From: Takakia lepidozioides
Lineage: Eukaryota > Plantae > Bryophyta
DNA length: 64,000 bases
NCBI GenBank assembly: GCA_030704615.1
Contig: CM060732.1
Span: 5,208,001 to 5,272,000 of the forward strand
Reading direction: 5' to 3'
Shown here one piece after another: positions 34,351-48,900 of the stretch. Below the pieces are notes generated by a model. It saw only the letters and a list, made by a program, of their open reading frames with translations. It did not search any database and was not told where the DNA came from. Within the stretch, counting starts at the first letter, position 1. Each line of letters begins with the position of its first letter. Made by a program: the position numbers and the translations under genes.

Positions 34351-37300
34351 ATGGCTGCTCAGCTGCCCACTAGTGGTTTTGACAGGGAAGTCCAAAATCA
34401 CCATACTTCAGACATGATTGCCTAAAGGAGGCTCTCTGGATTGAGCCTTTGCTGAACCCTCTGTGGGTGAAAGCAAAGGCAACCGGCATGATACAAGGTC
34501 AAGCACAATCTGGTGATGGTCCAGCTCATGGTCGAAGGACAGAGTCCCGTCAAACAAGGGCTGCAGATGAATATGATTATCACCCACAATCAGCCTTGCT
34601 TGAAGCATCAAAAGAGGGAGTCAACAACAACTGTTCTCACACTCGTGGGGATGTGAGGACTCTATGTAAGGCAGGACGTCTGAAGGATGTGCTGCATATT
34701 TTGAACCAAGGAGACATTCAGGTAGATGCCAATACATATATTTGTGTCTTGCAGGAGTGTACCGACATGAAAGGCCTAAGAGAGGGAAAGCAGGTGCATG
34801 CCCACATCACCCGAAGTGGAATCAAGCCAAACATCTTTCTACTAAATACCCTCGTCAACATGTATGCAAAGTGCGGGAGTGTGGAGGATGCACGCCAAGT
34901 GTTTGACAAAATGCCTGAATGAGATATTTGTACATGGAATATAATTCTGGGAGGATATGCAGAACATGGGGGTGGTAGGGAGGCTTTTGAGATGTATGAG
35001 CAAATGCAACGGGAAGTGGTGACACCTGATAGGGTCACATTCATTGGCATTCTGAATGCGTGTGCCAGCCTTGGAGCCCAGAGCAAGGGCAAAGAGGTGC
35101 ATGCTGATATCATCGAAGCTAGAATTGGCCTAGATATCATTCTGGAGACTGCCCTTGCTGCTATGTATGCCAAATGTGGGAGCCTAAGGGATGCACACAT
35201 AGTGTTTGACAGTATGGCCCACCGAAATGTGATATCCTGGAATGTGATGATCACAGGATATTCTCAGCATGGTTGTGGTAGGGAGGCTTCGGGTATTTAT
35301 GAGCAAATGATACAAGAGGGGATGGAGCCCAACAAGGTCACATTCATTTGCGTTCTCCATGCGCGTGCCAGCCTAGGAGCCCTAGAAAAGGGCAAAGAGT
35401 CCATGCTGATATCATCAAAGCTGGAATTGCATCATATATCAATTTGGAGAACGCGCTTGTTACCATGTATGCCAAATGTGGGAGCGTGGTGGATGCACAG
35501 CAAGTGTTTGACAGAATGACACTACGAAATACAGTCTCATGGAGTGCATCGATCGCAGGATATGCACAGCATGGTTATGGTAGGGAGGCTTTGGAGAGCT
35601 ATGAGCAAATGATACGGGATGGCGGGATCCCAGATAAGTTCAAGTTCACTTTCAATGCGCGTGCCAGCTTGGCACCCTGGAAAAGGGTCAGAAGGTCCAT
35701 GCTGACATCATAAAAGCTGGGATTGTTTCAGACATCATTTTGGAGACTGCCCTTGTTAACATGTACGCCAAGTGCAGGAACATGAAGGATGCACTCCAAG
35801 TGTTTGATAAAATGGCTGACCGAGATGTGAGTGCAATGATTGCAGGATATGTTCAGCATGGTTGTGGTATGGAGGCTTTTCAGATCTATGAGCAGATGAC
35901 ACGGGAAGGAGTCACTCCCAACAGGTCACATTCATTTGTGCTCTCAATGCATGTGCCAACCTGGCAGCCCTGAAAAAGGGCAAAGAGGTCCATGCTAACA
36001 TCATTGAAGCTGGAACTCCCTCAAGTATTGTTTTGGAGAATGCCCTTGTAAGCATGTATTTGAAATGTGGAAGCATGAAGAATGCTCGTCAAGTGTTTGA
36101 CCACATGGCTGAACGAGATGTTGTCTCCTGGAGCTCCATGATTACAGGATATGCTCAGCATGAGAGTGGTAGGGGGGCTCTTGAGACCTACGAGCAAATG
36201 ATACAGGAAGGGGTTACTCCCGACATTGTCACATTCACTTGTGTTCTCAATGCATGTGCCAGCCTGGCAGCACTGGGAAGGGGCAAAAAGGTCCATGCAG
36301 ACATTGTCAAAGCTGGCATTCCATCAGATATCATTCTAGAGACTGCCCTTGCTGCCATGTATGCGAAATGCGGGCACATGCTTTGCTTCCATTTCTTCGA
36401 AGGACTACTGGGAGTAGTGAGTTCCTGGAAATACTAGAAGCCCTCCGGGTGCACGTCAAGTGTTTGACAATGGCTGTACGAGATGTCGTCTCTTGGAGTG
36501 TGATCATTGCAGGATATGCTCAACATGGGTGTGCTGTGGAGGCCCTGCAACTATTCGAACAAATGCCAAAGGAATGCCTGAAGCCAGACAGTATTACCTA
36601 TATATGTGTTCTCTCTGCATGTAGCCATGTGGGCCTAGTGGATGAAGGCTATCACTATTTTGATTCCAAAAGTCGAGATCATGGCCTCACTCCTACAGCA
36701 GAACATTTCGGCTGCATGGTGGACCTTCTTGGCCGAGCAGGGCGATCGGGTGAGGCAGAGGACTTCATTACAAAATGCCAACTGAACCAGATGCTTCTGT
36801 GTTGGGGGCCTTGCTTGGTGCCTGCAGAATTCATGGGAACGTGGAGGTTGCTGAACGTGCAGCACAACGCCTTCTGAAGTGGGATTCACAGGATGCTGCA
36901 ACTTATGTGCTTCTTTTGAACATCTATGCTGCTGCTGGCAGATGGGACGATACAGCGAAGGTGAGAAGAATGATGCAGGACAAGGGTTTCAGGAAGGAAC
37001 CAGGGTGCAGCTGGATTGAGGTGGACAACCAGGTGCATACATTCATTGTAGATGACAAATCGCATCGCCAAATTGATGAATACCATGCTTAGCTGAACTG
37101 GTTGTCTGGGCAGATGAGTGTGGCTGGGTACATGCAGCCTGACACAGGCTGTGTGTTGCCTGATGTGGTGGAGGAAAAAGAATGTTCTCTTCGCCACCAC
37201 AGTGAAAAGTTGGCCATTGCTTTTGGGCTGATCAGCATGCCCTACGGGACGCCTATCCGTGTCATCAAGAATCTTCGGGTGTGTGTTGAATGCCACACAG

Positions 37301-37407
37301 CCACCAAGTTCATCTCGAAGATTGTTGGGCGAGATGTTGTTGTACGTGATAGTAACTGCTTTCACCACTTCAAAGATGGAGCTTGCTCTTGTGAGGATTC
37401 CTGGTAA
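34351..37407 (+). pseudogene. Full-length PLS-E-DYW (PG-box type) RNA-editing factor pseudogene
   Basis: About five PLS triplets, P2L2S2, E1/E2, [41 protein letters not shown]; several stops and frameshifts; start approximate. Confidence 0.9.
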
Positions 37408-40400
37408 AACGAACTGCCTGGATATTCTATCAAACATGAGGGAACTTAGTTGTTGGTATATGGTAATCAAAGAGTAAAGTTGGAAGAATTGATTTGGGGC
37501 AATGCAAGTCCCAGTACTGCAGTTTTCTGTTTGCTGGCCATGGTGATGATCATCATTAAGTATAGTTGTCAAATAGCAACAGTGAGAAGTTTATTTCAGC
37601 TGTCCACAGATGGCAAAACCGTTGGGGTCTGGAATTGGAAGCTGTGACCATAAAAACCTGCTTAGATTTTCACTTTGCATTTTGGCGGGCACTATTTCCT
37701 GGATCCTTCTGCAGCAAGGTGGTCGCGCGGTGGAACCTTGGTGTTCCACCCTCGCACCAACGCCACCGTGGAACCAGCAGTTCCAGCCTGTAGCCACCTT
37801 GGAACCAGGCTTCACAAATTTACTGTAGTAGCCAGCATGAAAGCATTTCGAGCACACTCAGGATGAATAGATGTTTGATTGCAATCGCCAAAATACCAAG
37901 AATCGAAGTTGGGGAGTAAATTTCAGCTGGTTTCTAGTTTCTGCGGAAAGAACCTGTGTGCAGACTTTCCGCTGGTTACCACACCCTTACACAGCGGAAG
38001 GTCCTTGGGCAGAAACTTTCTGCTTTGCTAAACACCCCCAACCCCAACCGTAGTATGCACGGCAAATTTTGATGGTTTCGAGTGTTTAGTAGAGGAGAGA
38101 GGAATGATGTGCATTCACAACTTACAAACTGGAAGGCATGGAATATGATGCTTGAATCAGTACTGTAGCGCGTATACTCTTTCCGGAAGAAGAAGAAAGA
38201 CTAGATATGAGATCTCTTAAGCAACCACCCCGATAAAATGGACAAGTAAAGGGGAAAAATGACCTTATCACACGTTCAAGTGATGGGTGCTATAATATGT
38301 TTGACGCTGGGCCAGTGCTTTGTAGATGGATTTCGAACCAAGTGATGCTGAAAGGAGTCGTGGTGAGATCACAGAACCACCTCGTCAAGAGTTTCTCCAT
38401 TCTCATTACGCTGCACACACCTCTTCATTGTTGTGCTATAGTCTGCTCCTCTGCTTTGGAAAACACACCAAAATCCAAATGCTCAACTCACCAGCCTTGC
38501 TAGTATACCATGAACTCCTTGTGTCAAATTGAGAGCAACACATACATATCCAAAATTGGCCATGTTACCCCACCCTATCATGACATTCAAACCTCCTTCA
38601 AAAGAGGGTTGTCAGCAGGGTGCAGCCTGCTGGTCATGTTCCCGCATATAAAAGCTTTGCTAAACTTTCTCGAACCATGGTGAGTCAAGTTTATATCAAA
38701 GAGACTGCACTTTGCTTGTGGCACATGTGACACATGTTGATTAGATCGTGCTGTAGAACTGGCACTTCATTTATTGAAAATTTCATGCCGCCATATCCTA
38801 GTTTCCGCTCTGTGTAATCGCTGAATCACACCGATCAGGCAGTGGGGTCCTCTTGCACACAGCCAGGCAACTCAGGCTTAGCTCCATGAATTTGTCCAGT
38901 GGCTTGCCAAATCAAATTCTTACTTTCCTTCAGTTTGGAAATTTCTGTGGCCCTTTTTTCTCCAACAACCCCAATAGCCTATATAGCCAATAGCCCATCT
39001 CGCACGTTACATTATGATGGGTAGGTATTCTGCAGTTGATGAAACCCTGTAAAGCTTTATTTACAAACTGACATGAGGTAACTGTACAAAGGATGGAAAG
39101 TTCCCATAGCAAGGGAAGAGTTAACATAAGGAAATGAAAAAGAAAGCGTAGCAAGCGAACCAAACCAAATGATCATCCCATTCTGCAGTTGGAATTCAAA
39201 TACTGATGAAATTAAAAAAAGCACTTTATCCTGGGCCCTACCTCGTGGACGAAAACATAAACGGCTGAAGGTGAAGGACAACGCGATCAGACAAGATATG
39301 GAAAACGTCGAGAGAGAGAGAACGAGAATACCTGTATTGTTTGAGTCTAGAGAGAGGGCGTACATATATATCCACTGATATAGAAGCTGAACGCGGCGAC
39401 AGATCTTCTCTATTACACTCAAGGTAAGTGTTCTTCTCTCTGCCTTCCCTCCTTTTGAGTCCCTGAATGGCTGCTGAGATTTGGGGTGGCCGACAGCCTC
39501 AAGGTTCATCTGCGTCAGGCTTTGTGCGTGACTCGGATCACCACCTCTAGTACCTGGTGCGCAAGATCTTACTAGTCTTGATGACGATCCATATCCGTTT
39601 CTGTTTCGATAAGGGTTGGGTAGTGAATTTTGGAATGTGAGGCATGGGGCATTGAGGCTTGAAGGGTGCCCACCTGCTTAGGCTGTCATGGGATGAGCGT
39701 TTTGTTTGTGTTGGTGGGTTTTCTTACGTTTTGGGTTAGCGTAGTGGGGACATTCCAGGTAAGTAAGTGAATGACCAGGGATTCGGTTTTCGATCATGGA
39801 TGTTTGGTCTCTTTTTTCTTCTGTCGTAAAGTGAACCCAGCTGATTTCTGTTGTCCAGATCGATTTGAAGTATGAAACTGGAAGCTGACTCCCCGCTTCT
39901 ATCATTGTTCAGGTCACTTGTCTGGACACTTTACGAGCGTGTCAAGGATTTCCGGGAACGACAAGTATACACGCATAGCTTCGATTCTGAACAGGGAGCG
40001 CACCCCTTTGATTTGCAGATTGGGAGGCATTAGGTGAATTCAAGGGGGTTTCGTGAGGAATTGAGGACTGCTCATCTGGAAATGGAGAACGATGAAGAGT
40101 AGCGTGTAGCTCCCCTCTGACCTACATAGAAGAAGAACGATTCTATTCTACACGAACATTGACATTTAGCTACTAGCATATTTCCTTTCGGGAAAATAGG
40201 GACTGATGCGACTCCTGACGAGCAGTAGTGATCCGCCTTTGTTCTTAAGGGGATGTGAGACTTGACTTGACTGCAGTAGGAGGCAAGCATGGTTAGAAGG
40301 GTGGGTAAGGTGGGACAGAAGATAGCTGGTAGAAACAGGACAGATGTGAACTGGATTGCAACAAACAGGCTGCAGACGGAAACCAGTCGATCTACTGAAC

Positions 40401-40473
40401 ATGATCAACGAGGCATTCCCAATTCAATCGCAGGGTAGCTCAATGGGAATGTAGCACAGATCTTGCTTTGGTT

Positions 40474-43400
40474 ATGGATTACGAAGTGTTCCTGGTTAGG
40501 CCGCCCGGGATATCATCAATAAGTGGTCGGCCTGCCCGAGGAGTGATCCGCTTTCTTCAAATACTTGAAAATGGGATTTCTATTTTTCCGGCTGCTCTCA
40601 ATGCCCAGGTCGTCAAGCACAGCTTTGAGAATATTGTGAAAGTGACAGCCTCAAATGATGACGCCACGGAGCTGTCCTTGGAGATTATGGACACTGGCGG
40701 GCAAGGGTATAGCTCCGACACCCTTCGTCTTTGCTGCGATTCACGATCTGCCCTTCTCACTGCGCTTCTGAATCGGCACGACGATGTCAACGGCATCGGT
40801 GAGTGCTCATTCTTTCTATCATCTGACCAAATTTGGCAAAGAATGCAAGCTTCTAGATCCTTGAAGATACTGAGTGGCTTGGTTTGTTTCACAACTCTAT
40901 TTGACATGCAAAAGCATTGGCATTAAAAAGCGCTCCAATCCATCTCGGAAACTAAATTTTGAGTAAATAGAGAAGCACTTGGGTGGTACTGGTTAAAGCG
41001 GCCCAATAGAATGGTTGGTGTATCCATGCGGCCCATAGTGCCCTGCCTTTTAAGGAAGAATTTTAGTAGAGATCATCATGAGCCCAGCTTTTGTTCTGCT
41101 GCTTGGTCTTACACGGGGCATTGCAAGTTCTCTCCCTGTAGCTTTGACGGATAAAGCCCTTATGATACCTAGATTCTACCAGGATCAGGCAATGGATCAT
41201 TGATGAAATGACAACAGGGGGAGGAGTGCCCTTTACTGGCCACATGAATGAAGTAAGACAGCTACCCACTCTGGGTTTACCTGGAATCTTGTGTGTGTCT
41301 ATTGTGGGATCCATATGTGGGTTGCAAGGCAGGTTAAACTAATGTACCTTGGGAACTGCTGATCTCTAGTTGTTGCATGGGTGACTTGGTACTCTTCTTT
41401 GCCAATCATAATTGTTGGATGTGGGGTCTTGTGCTCTCACTTGTGAAAATCACCATTCGTCGGTCGAAGACTTGTCACAAGAAGTTCCACAAACACTTCT
41501 GGCATTTTTGGAGCTTCTCCCACTTCTCACATGGTCTTTTCCCTGACATAGTGTCCATGCTGGACCACAGATTGCTATGCTGGGATCTTCGTTGTTGGGC
41601 CCCTTGATTCACTTGATGGCTCAGACTTATAAAGCCTGAAATAAGTTTAATTCAGAGCCGTGGCTACCTCCAGAAATCTCACATGACCCACTTTTCAATG
41701 GCTACATTATCAGGCACAGATTTTTCTTTGAAGAAACACAGCAACCAGCGAGGAGGGTTGACAGACACAGTGCTGCGCGTGCGAAGTGCTTCACTTGTGA
41801 AAATGGTCAACACTGGACATCGACAAGAGTGGCGCCGGGTGAGTTTTTCTCCACCCACAAAAACATATATGGTGCCCTTTTTCTGTATCTAAAACTTAAC
41901 AAGGATCTTTCTGGTACACGGTAGTTTGCAGTATTGGACTTTCTTAATTGTTATACACACCATGTGATAAAGGAAGGGGGGAGGGGGGAGGAGGTATTCG
42001 GGTGGGTGATACTACCGCTTATTTCTTCTCACGCCAAAAGTTCTCACGAATCCAGCTCTTGATTGTGATTCTAAGCTTGCATGGTAAGGGTATATATTGG
42101 AATACTTCTGCTGGTTCCTGATTAATAGAAAAATGGATGTTGGCAGGTAGAGGTGGCGAAGAAAGACAATTTCCAGGACATTGTGAAATTGGAAACGCTT
42201 AGTGACGATGAGCATATTGTGCTGATCTATGTCAAATCCAGAGTCGTGAGGCTATCACTCAAAGATTCGCTACCATTCCTGCTTGCCATCCAACGAAATA
42301 TGAAGGTGGGTTTGTCATAAAGTAACTGTTTCAGCTTGGCAAAGATTTCAAAACCACAACTCTGGTTCACTTCCAACCAAAACCCTTCATAGTCACTTGG
42401 GAGTTCAATCTCTTGTGGGAATGGAATTGACATAAAGAAAGGGATCCTGAGGCTCAGCCTGAGACACATGAGGTAGCTGCTGTGCATGTTGGCTTTTGTG
42501 ACAAAGTCTTCGCTGGTGTTTTTTCAGTCCGAGGTTTATTGCACCGTATTGCAGATGTACTTGAAACGGGACATTGACATTGAGAAGATCACGACATCTG
42601 TCATGGTTGAAAATATTGCAGCTTATCTAAGAAAAGTGGTAAGCATCCGTGAGTGACAGCAGGCTGGTCAGTTTTCTCCCGAATGGTTAGCAAAGGATTT
42701 GTCCCGCGGCTTTCTATTGATTAGGAAGGCATTAGGATGTGCTGGACAGAGTTGTGTTCAGGCTTCTTGATTGAGGGTTTTATCATTGGAGTCAGACATA
42801 GAGAGGAGAGGGAGAGTTTTAGAGGAAGAGAGGTGTTTGCATAACCAAGTGTGGTTTGTTATCACAGGACATGTTTAGATGTCTTTCAGGGTAAATGGCA
42901 TCACTCTTGCTAGATATTGTTGTACTTCAGGAGGATGAGAGGTCAAATGCAACTGGAAATTGCTGCACTTTACACCACCATTGCTTGTTACACTGCTGAT
43001 TATGTCTGTATACAATAGATATATTTATTAGACGTGACTTGCCTATCCTTTTGGCTGTTTCCTGGCAACAGACATGGCTTTGGACACTACAGCCTCTAAG
43101 TCAGATTTTATCCAGCAGGGTCAAGACTTGCGGACTTAGATTCAGATCCTCGAAAATCTCTTCTACCCTCTTCTGCCAGGACTTTGCCAGTTTGACAGGG
43201 CGATCAAGATATAGAGTCAATTAACTTACGACCTCTGACATTAGTCATATGTTGCAGCTGATCCCACCGAGCAGAGGGGAGAGGGTACATCCTTGAGCTA
43301 CACCCTTGGTCTCTTGTCAAAGAGTTAGACTTCTGTCCATTAACAGTGACACAGCTTTTGGTGAGAGCATACAAGTTATGGACCACTCTACACATCTTTC

Positions 43401-45925
43401 CCTTGATCCCAGATGACCAGAGTTGGGGCAATAGACCATCTCTCCACTATGTCATAAGCCTTTTTGACATGCAAGAAAAAGGCAAAAGTGGGTTTACCTT
43501 GGATCATATCTTCACTCTAAGCCATATTATCCAGAGAGATAGAGAGAGTATGTGTGTGTGTGTGCCCGTTGGAAGTACAATTTCCTCTTGTGCAATGTCA
43601 TCTTGATCTTTTAGGGGAAACTGTCTTCGGTACCACATCAAGGTCAGTTTTCACGCTACATAAATCTGGTTGTTGTTTGCCTGTAAGAACAGAAGAGGTC
43701 CCCGGTTCTTTATGAGTTTGAAGTCGCCAAGCGACAGGATGCGACTAGGCAAGAGCGGCAGCGCAGAGTGTGCATAACCAAAGACTACTTCATTGAAAAA
43801 TGGGTAGATACTGTGATAGGTGTGCACAGGTCAGTCTATTCCTCCTTCAGCACCCTGGTATGGTCTTTATTTCATGCTGCGAACAGAAAATTGGTGGGCA
43901 CAATTCATTCAAATTCATACCATTTACTGCAAGTATTTGAAAGAGAAGTCTGTCGACAGAGGTTCCAAGTTCTGATGGATGGACACAGCTGCTGCTCTCA
44001 CAGGGTCATGAATGCCTCTAGGATGTATGGAACCTTTTCCTCAAAATGTGAACTAGGTGAAGGCCCTCATAAAATCTACTGTACACCTTGTCGGACTTTG
44101 ATGGACAAGTGGGACTCAAGGACCTCCTCCTTTAGGATTTCATGCTAGGCACCATGCTGAATTTCAGACCAAATGCAGTTTGTCCACCTCTCTACCGTGG
44201 AAATAAACCTCCTGCTGGTAACAAGGGAACTAGAACGATGTTAGTGTCAGCCATCACTCAGAGTCAATTGTCTGTGTAGTCTGTGGTTCTGCCGTTTTTC
44301 TCTGCTGATGTCCCTAGGGCTCTTTGGGCCTGCATGGAGGGAATGAAGTTCCTTTACTTCCCTTCTCTCTCAAAGTTCAAAGTTCACCAGGCTCTCACAT
44401 AGATATATGCTTTCTGTCTCTGGTTGTTCTACTTTTCGCCATGGACCCTCAGCCCCCACCTTTGAGGCTACAAAGTTTCTCTTCCTTTTTACTCGTGGCT
44501 CTTGCCCCGGCCCACCGGGCATGTCTTTTCTTCTCTTGTACCTCTTGTGAAGTGGAGACAGCATCCTTTCTCGTTATTGTGCCATACCTACCACACGATT
44601 GCTTATAGATACGTGTGGTTTTTAGGTCCTTGTCCCTAGCAGAAGCCTTCAGCTATGAGCCACCGAAGCTGTATCTGGACTAAGCACTCCATTTGGGGTT
44701 TGATTTGTTCTTTGCTTTCAGTGGTTCCTACTTTGTCGTGGGCACTATTGCCTCCAGTGGATGTCACGAATGAACTTCCTTTCTTTCTCTCTCTTCACTG
44801 GTTTTACTGGGGGCCCTCTCGGTCTCCATTGAAGGTGTAAATTTCTTGTTGTCTCATATGTATATCTTTGGTGAGTCACAGACGTGATTCTAGAGAGTTC
44901 CGTGGCTGTTGGTCCAGCTCATTTATTAAAAAAAGTCTTCCATTTTTTGCAGCTTGGGAGACATCCTTGGCCTCATTGTTAATGAGAAGGACTGCCGAGA
45001 GGTGACCCTGGAATTGAGGACTTGGAGAGCTACTCAATATTACCTTGATGACAGAGATGACTTCATAGCCAGCATGGCAGACGTGATGGGCATTGCCAAG
45101 GGCTGTGAGTTCAGTATTCGGCTGGAGTCCTTTTCTCCTCATACTCTTCCCGACGGGCCAATTCCAGTATACCAGGTCTTCAATTTTGATCCCAGTTGTG
45201 TGTGGGAGTGCTGGATATTCTTATAGGCCTTCGATATTTCCGGTGCAGTATCTGACTTAAGTCTTTGATGCAGACTGAGTTTGAATCATTCTATTTGAAC
45301 CGTTTCATGGCAACTTACAACTCCACTCGAGAACCTTGGGCGTTGCATCTGGCTTTGAAAGAATACGCATGCAATATTCATGTATGCCTTCTTCCTTTTG
45401 GGGCCTTCCTGGGCAAATATTACGTGAGCATTGTGAGGTCAGAAAGATTTTGGGAGACTCAGTGAGGGCTGCCTGTAATAGTGAACCTTGAGGACACAGT
45501 CCTGCTGTCAGGATACCCACTCTCTAGGAGCTGGAGTCAGTGCGACACTGGCTGTGAAACTGCTTGAAGATGGGCAGCAGGATGTTCTTCTGACTAAGAA
45601 GTGAAGGTTACTCCTCATTGCTACATAGACTGGAAATTTTTTGTTTAAGGATTATATTGATTATTGTCATATGGGGGATTGGGCAGGTGGGTGATTCAAA
45701 GTGCATTGACTCAAAGGTTGTCCAAGCTGTGGCAGACACATTAAAGGAATGCTTGATTGAGAGTATGTATCACCCTTTTACTATGCGAACTGGGATAAAC
45801 TCTCCTGGACCCATCTCCCAAGTCTTTCAAAGCTTCAGTCATTGACAATTTGTTTCAGAGATCTTTTCGTACATTGATTTGGTCCGTAGGTTCTTCTGTC
45901 TTTGAGTGAACGTGATGCACTTTCT

Positions 45926-45961
<36 letters not shown>

Positions 45962-48900
45962 ACCCTGCTGGATAAATCTGACTTAGAGGCTGTAGTGTCC
46001 TCAGCCATGTCTGTTGCCATGAGATTGTCTGATGAAAATGAAGTTAGGCAGAAAACTTCCCTGAACTTGTTTCCAGTCTGTGACATGGGGGAGGACATCT
46101 TGGATGACCTCAAGGGTCTACCCACTCTCGGCACTAGACTGAAATTTAAACTCAGGGCAGGAAGCCTACCTTTGAACAGCAAACAGAAGCAGAGAGGAAA
46201 GGGAGAGTGCAATTGCCCGTCGTGTGGGCAATCTGAAGACAGTATTATTTTCTGATACACTGTCGGGGTTTTCTCACCAAAGAGATGCTCTCTTCAACTC
46301 TATCAAGGGAATTGTGCCTGTACCCCTGTTTACCAACTTTGAAAGTCTCGAGGCTGAGCCAAAAGCCCAGGCCCTCCTGAGGCCTAGTTTTGGGCAAATC
46401 ACACACAGCAGATTGATGCTTGTGTGAAGGGATTTCTAGAGGATATCTGGAAAACCCGGATTAATTCTTATATGAAGGTAAGTCTTACTACCAACGTCAG
46501 CCCCTGACAGAGGTAGGTTCTGCCTTTTGTTCCCGCTCAAACTGGGCGCGGGGTCAATGGCCACAAGGCTACGGCAAACAACGTCTTATGAGTACAATCT
46601 CTCTTTTTCATTTCATTTCATCTCCCTGTCCTCTAGGAAGCCTATTGCCATTGGGTGGACTTGATACGGGAGTACATTAATGTCTCTGTGACTAAATGCC
46701 GGCCTTGTGACCTTGTGTCTTTGTTTGTTTCGACCTGAAGCGCTTTGCTCCAGGGAAGGTAGTGCATTGGATTTAGTTGGAAAGCTTGGGGCCTTTCCCT
46801 CTTAGAATATGCCTACACGGGCCATTCCCTGCAACTCCCTGGAGTGTGATCTCTGAATGGTAACAAGCGGACCCCTACCGCTTGGGGGCAGCCCCTCTGC
46901 CCAAATTGGGCAGTCGTATGCTCTGTCTAGCATACTCGGCACTTGGGCTAGGGTTGGTCCTTGTGCTTAAACTTATGGCCTACGAAAATAATCATTAGAT
47001 TACCTACTGTCAACAGCAACACTCCCCAGGGTGATTCCTGGGAATTGGTTACTTATGCCAAATCTAGGGCTTCATGTGTAGTTTTTGGGGTGAATCCCAG
47101 GATGGACGATGTGTCCCTTAAAACTACATGCTCTAGCTTAGGCTTGGATTTCATGGCCAATGGCTCCATCTCGAGACTTGATAACAGGGGTACTTGAAGG
47201 TTGCAATGCCCAAAAATGCTTCTAATAGAGTCTCACATCAACTCAATCTCAAAGAAGTTCGTCCCTTGACTGGCTGGAGGGCGGGTTTAGACATTGTTGA
47301 TTCAATGGGGCGCTCTAGGAAGACAACCAAGGGCAGGGACTTCAACTTGAGAGTTTCTAATCGGTTTGATGCTCTGGACGAGGTTGAATCCAAGCAGCCT
47401 GACGGAAAATCTGCCCATAAGTGTACGGAATCTGAACGTCGTGTATCTGAAGGATTTGGTACTCTGAACGGTTTACCAATCCTCAAAGTTTACACAAGAT
47501 CTATACATGGGGTAATTGTCACTAAGCAGTCAGACGGACAACTTGCCCCTAAGTGTGCGGAGTCTGAACGTCGTGTAACTGAAGGATTTGGTACTCTGAA
47601 TGGTTTTACCAATCCTCAAAGTTTACACAAGACGAGCAAAATCTACACACGGGGTAACTGTCCCTTGCCCCCCTTTTTAAAACGGTTGGCCGTCCAGGAG
47701 CCTCTTAGCTACCTAGACGACAAACAATTCACATTCAAAGGGCTGCTGCGGCTAGCCACTTTCAACTTCTCAGGCTGACTAACCAAAGGAAACAACTCGA
47801 AGTGGGACAAGTTATTCGGACTAATGATATTCATATCTGTGCTGCGCAAGAAACTTGGAAACGTCGGATATAAACTGGTTGGAGATGTCATTGGTTATAA
47901 ATGGGCAGGTAAGATGTGTACTCTCAAGGCAGCCTCTGCCAAACGCGGTCAAAAAGGGGTTGGATTCTTTGTCCATGATTTCTTGTTTGACAATTTTGAT
48001 TTGAAATATCAACAAGGGTTTGAGGTACGAGCATAGTATCTGGCTAAAGCTGAAAATGAAGGGCGGCTTGAGTACGAAGGACCTCTTTGTGGGTTGTGTT
48101 TACATGCCCACAGAGGGGACCCTTAGTGCTGACGCAGATAAAGCCTTCGAAGATGTAAAGCTAGACTGTGCTTCGTTCCTTGCCAAAGGTCAGGTGATTT
48201 TATTGGGTGACTTCAATGCCCGGGTGGGTAAAGGTCTCCATCAGGATGATATCATTGGCCTTTTGGTGAGGACGAGCTGAACTCTAATGGCAGACGGTTA
48301 ATTAACTGTCTGGAAGAGCTTCAGCTTCTGGCCTTGAAACAATAGGGCAAAAGGTGACCAAGTGCAGTGGACTCGTGAGAAAGCGCAAACTGGGGAACGA
48401 TCCATTGTGGGATTATATCATAATGGACAAAAATTTGTCCCCAGAGTGCAATGTGTTGATCGACAGAACTGATATTGGTACCTCTGACCACTTCCTGGTT
48501 TGGGACTGAGATCAAAGGTGTTTTCCCAACACCAAGAGATCTGTGAACGTTCGATTCGGAAGTGGCGCATAGAAAAACTCCATAATGAAGAGGTCAAGGC
48601 TGCGTATGTCCAGGCCTTGCAAGAGGCTCTCTCATTTTGTCCATTCGCTCCAAGACCTTCAGTCTTGCGCAGACAATGCAAGAAATGAAGTCGAAAGAGC
48701 AGTGGATTCTGGGGAGAGTTTCGTCTCCTCTGCGGCTGACAAGATCATTGGGAGGAAACTAATTGTCTGCGGGTAGAGCTGTTAATTGGTGGACCAATGA
48801 GATTAAACTCAAGATAGCTGAGAGACGAGTCCTTTATAAAGAGTGCTGCAATTGAAAACCAACAAAGAATTGTGGCGAGGTACAAACCGATCCGTAAAGA

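Noticed and set aside
34351-37407. In-frame stops repaired by U-to-C editing, or a DYW:KP-type reverse editor
   Set aside because: Nuclear locus with frameshifts too; the domain has a normal PG box and HSEKLA
37728-37790. Small hairpin ggtggaac-N6-gttccacc with repeated ggaacc motifs
   Set aside because: An 8-bp stem is expected by chance in 64 kb; no supporting context
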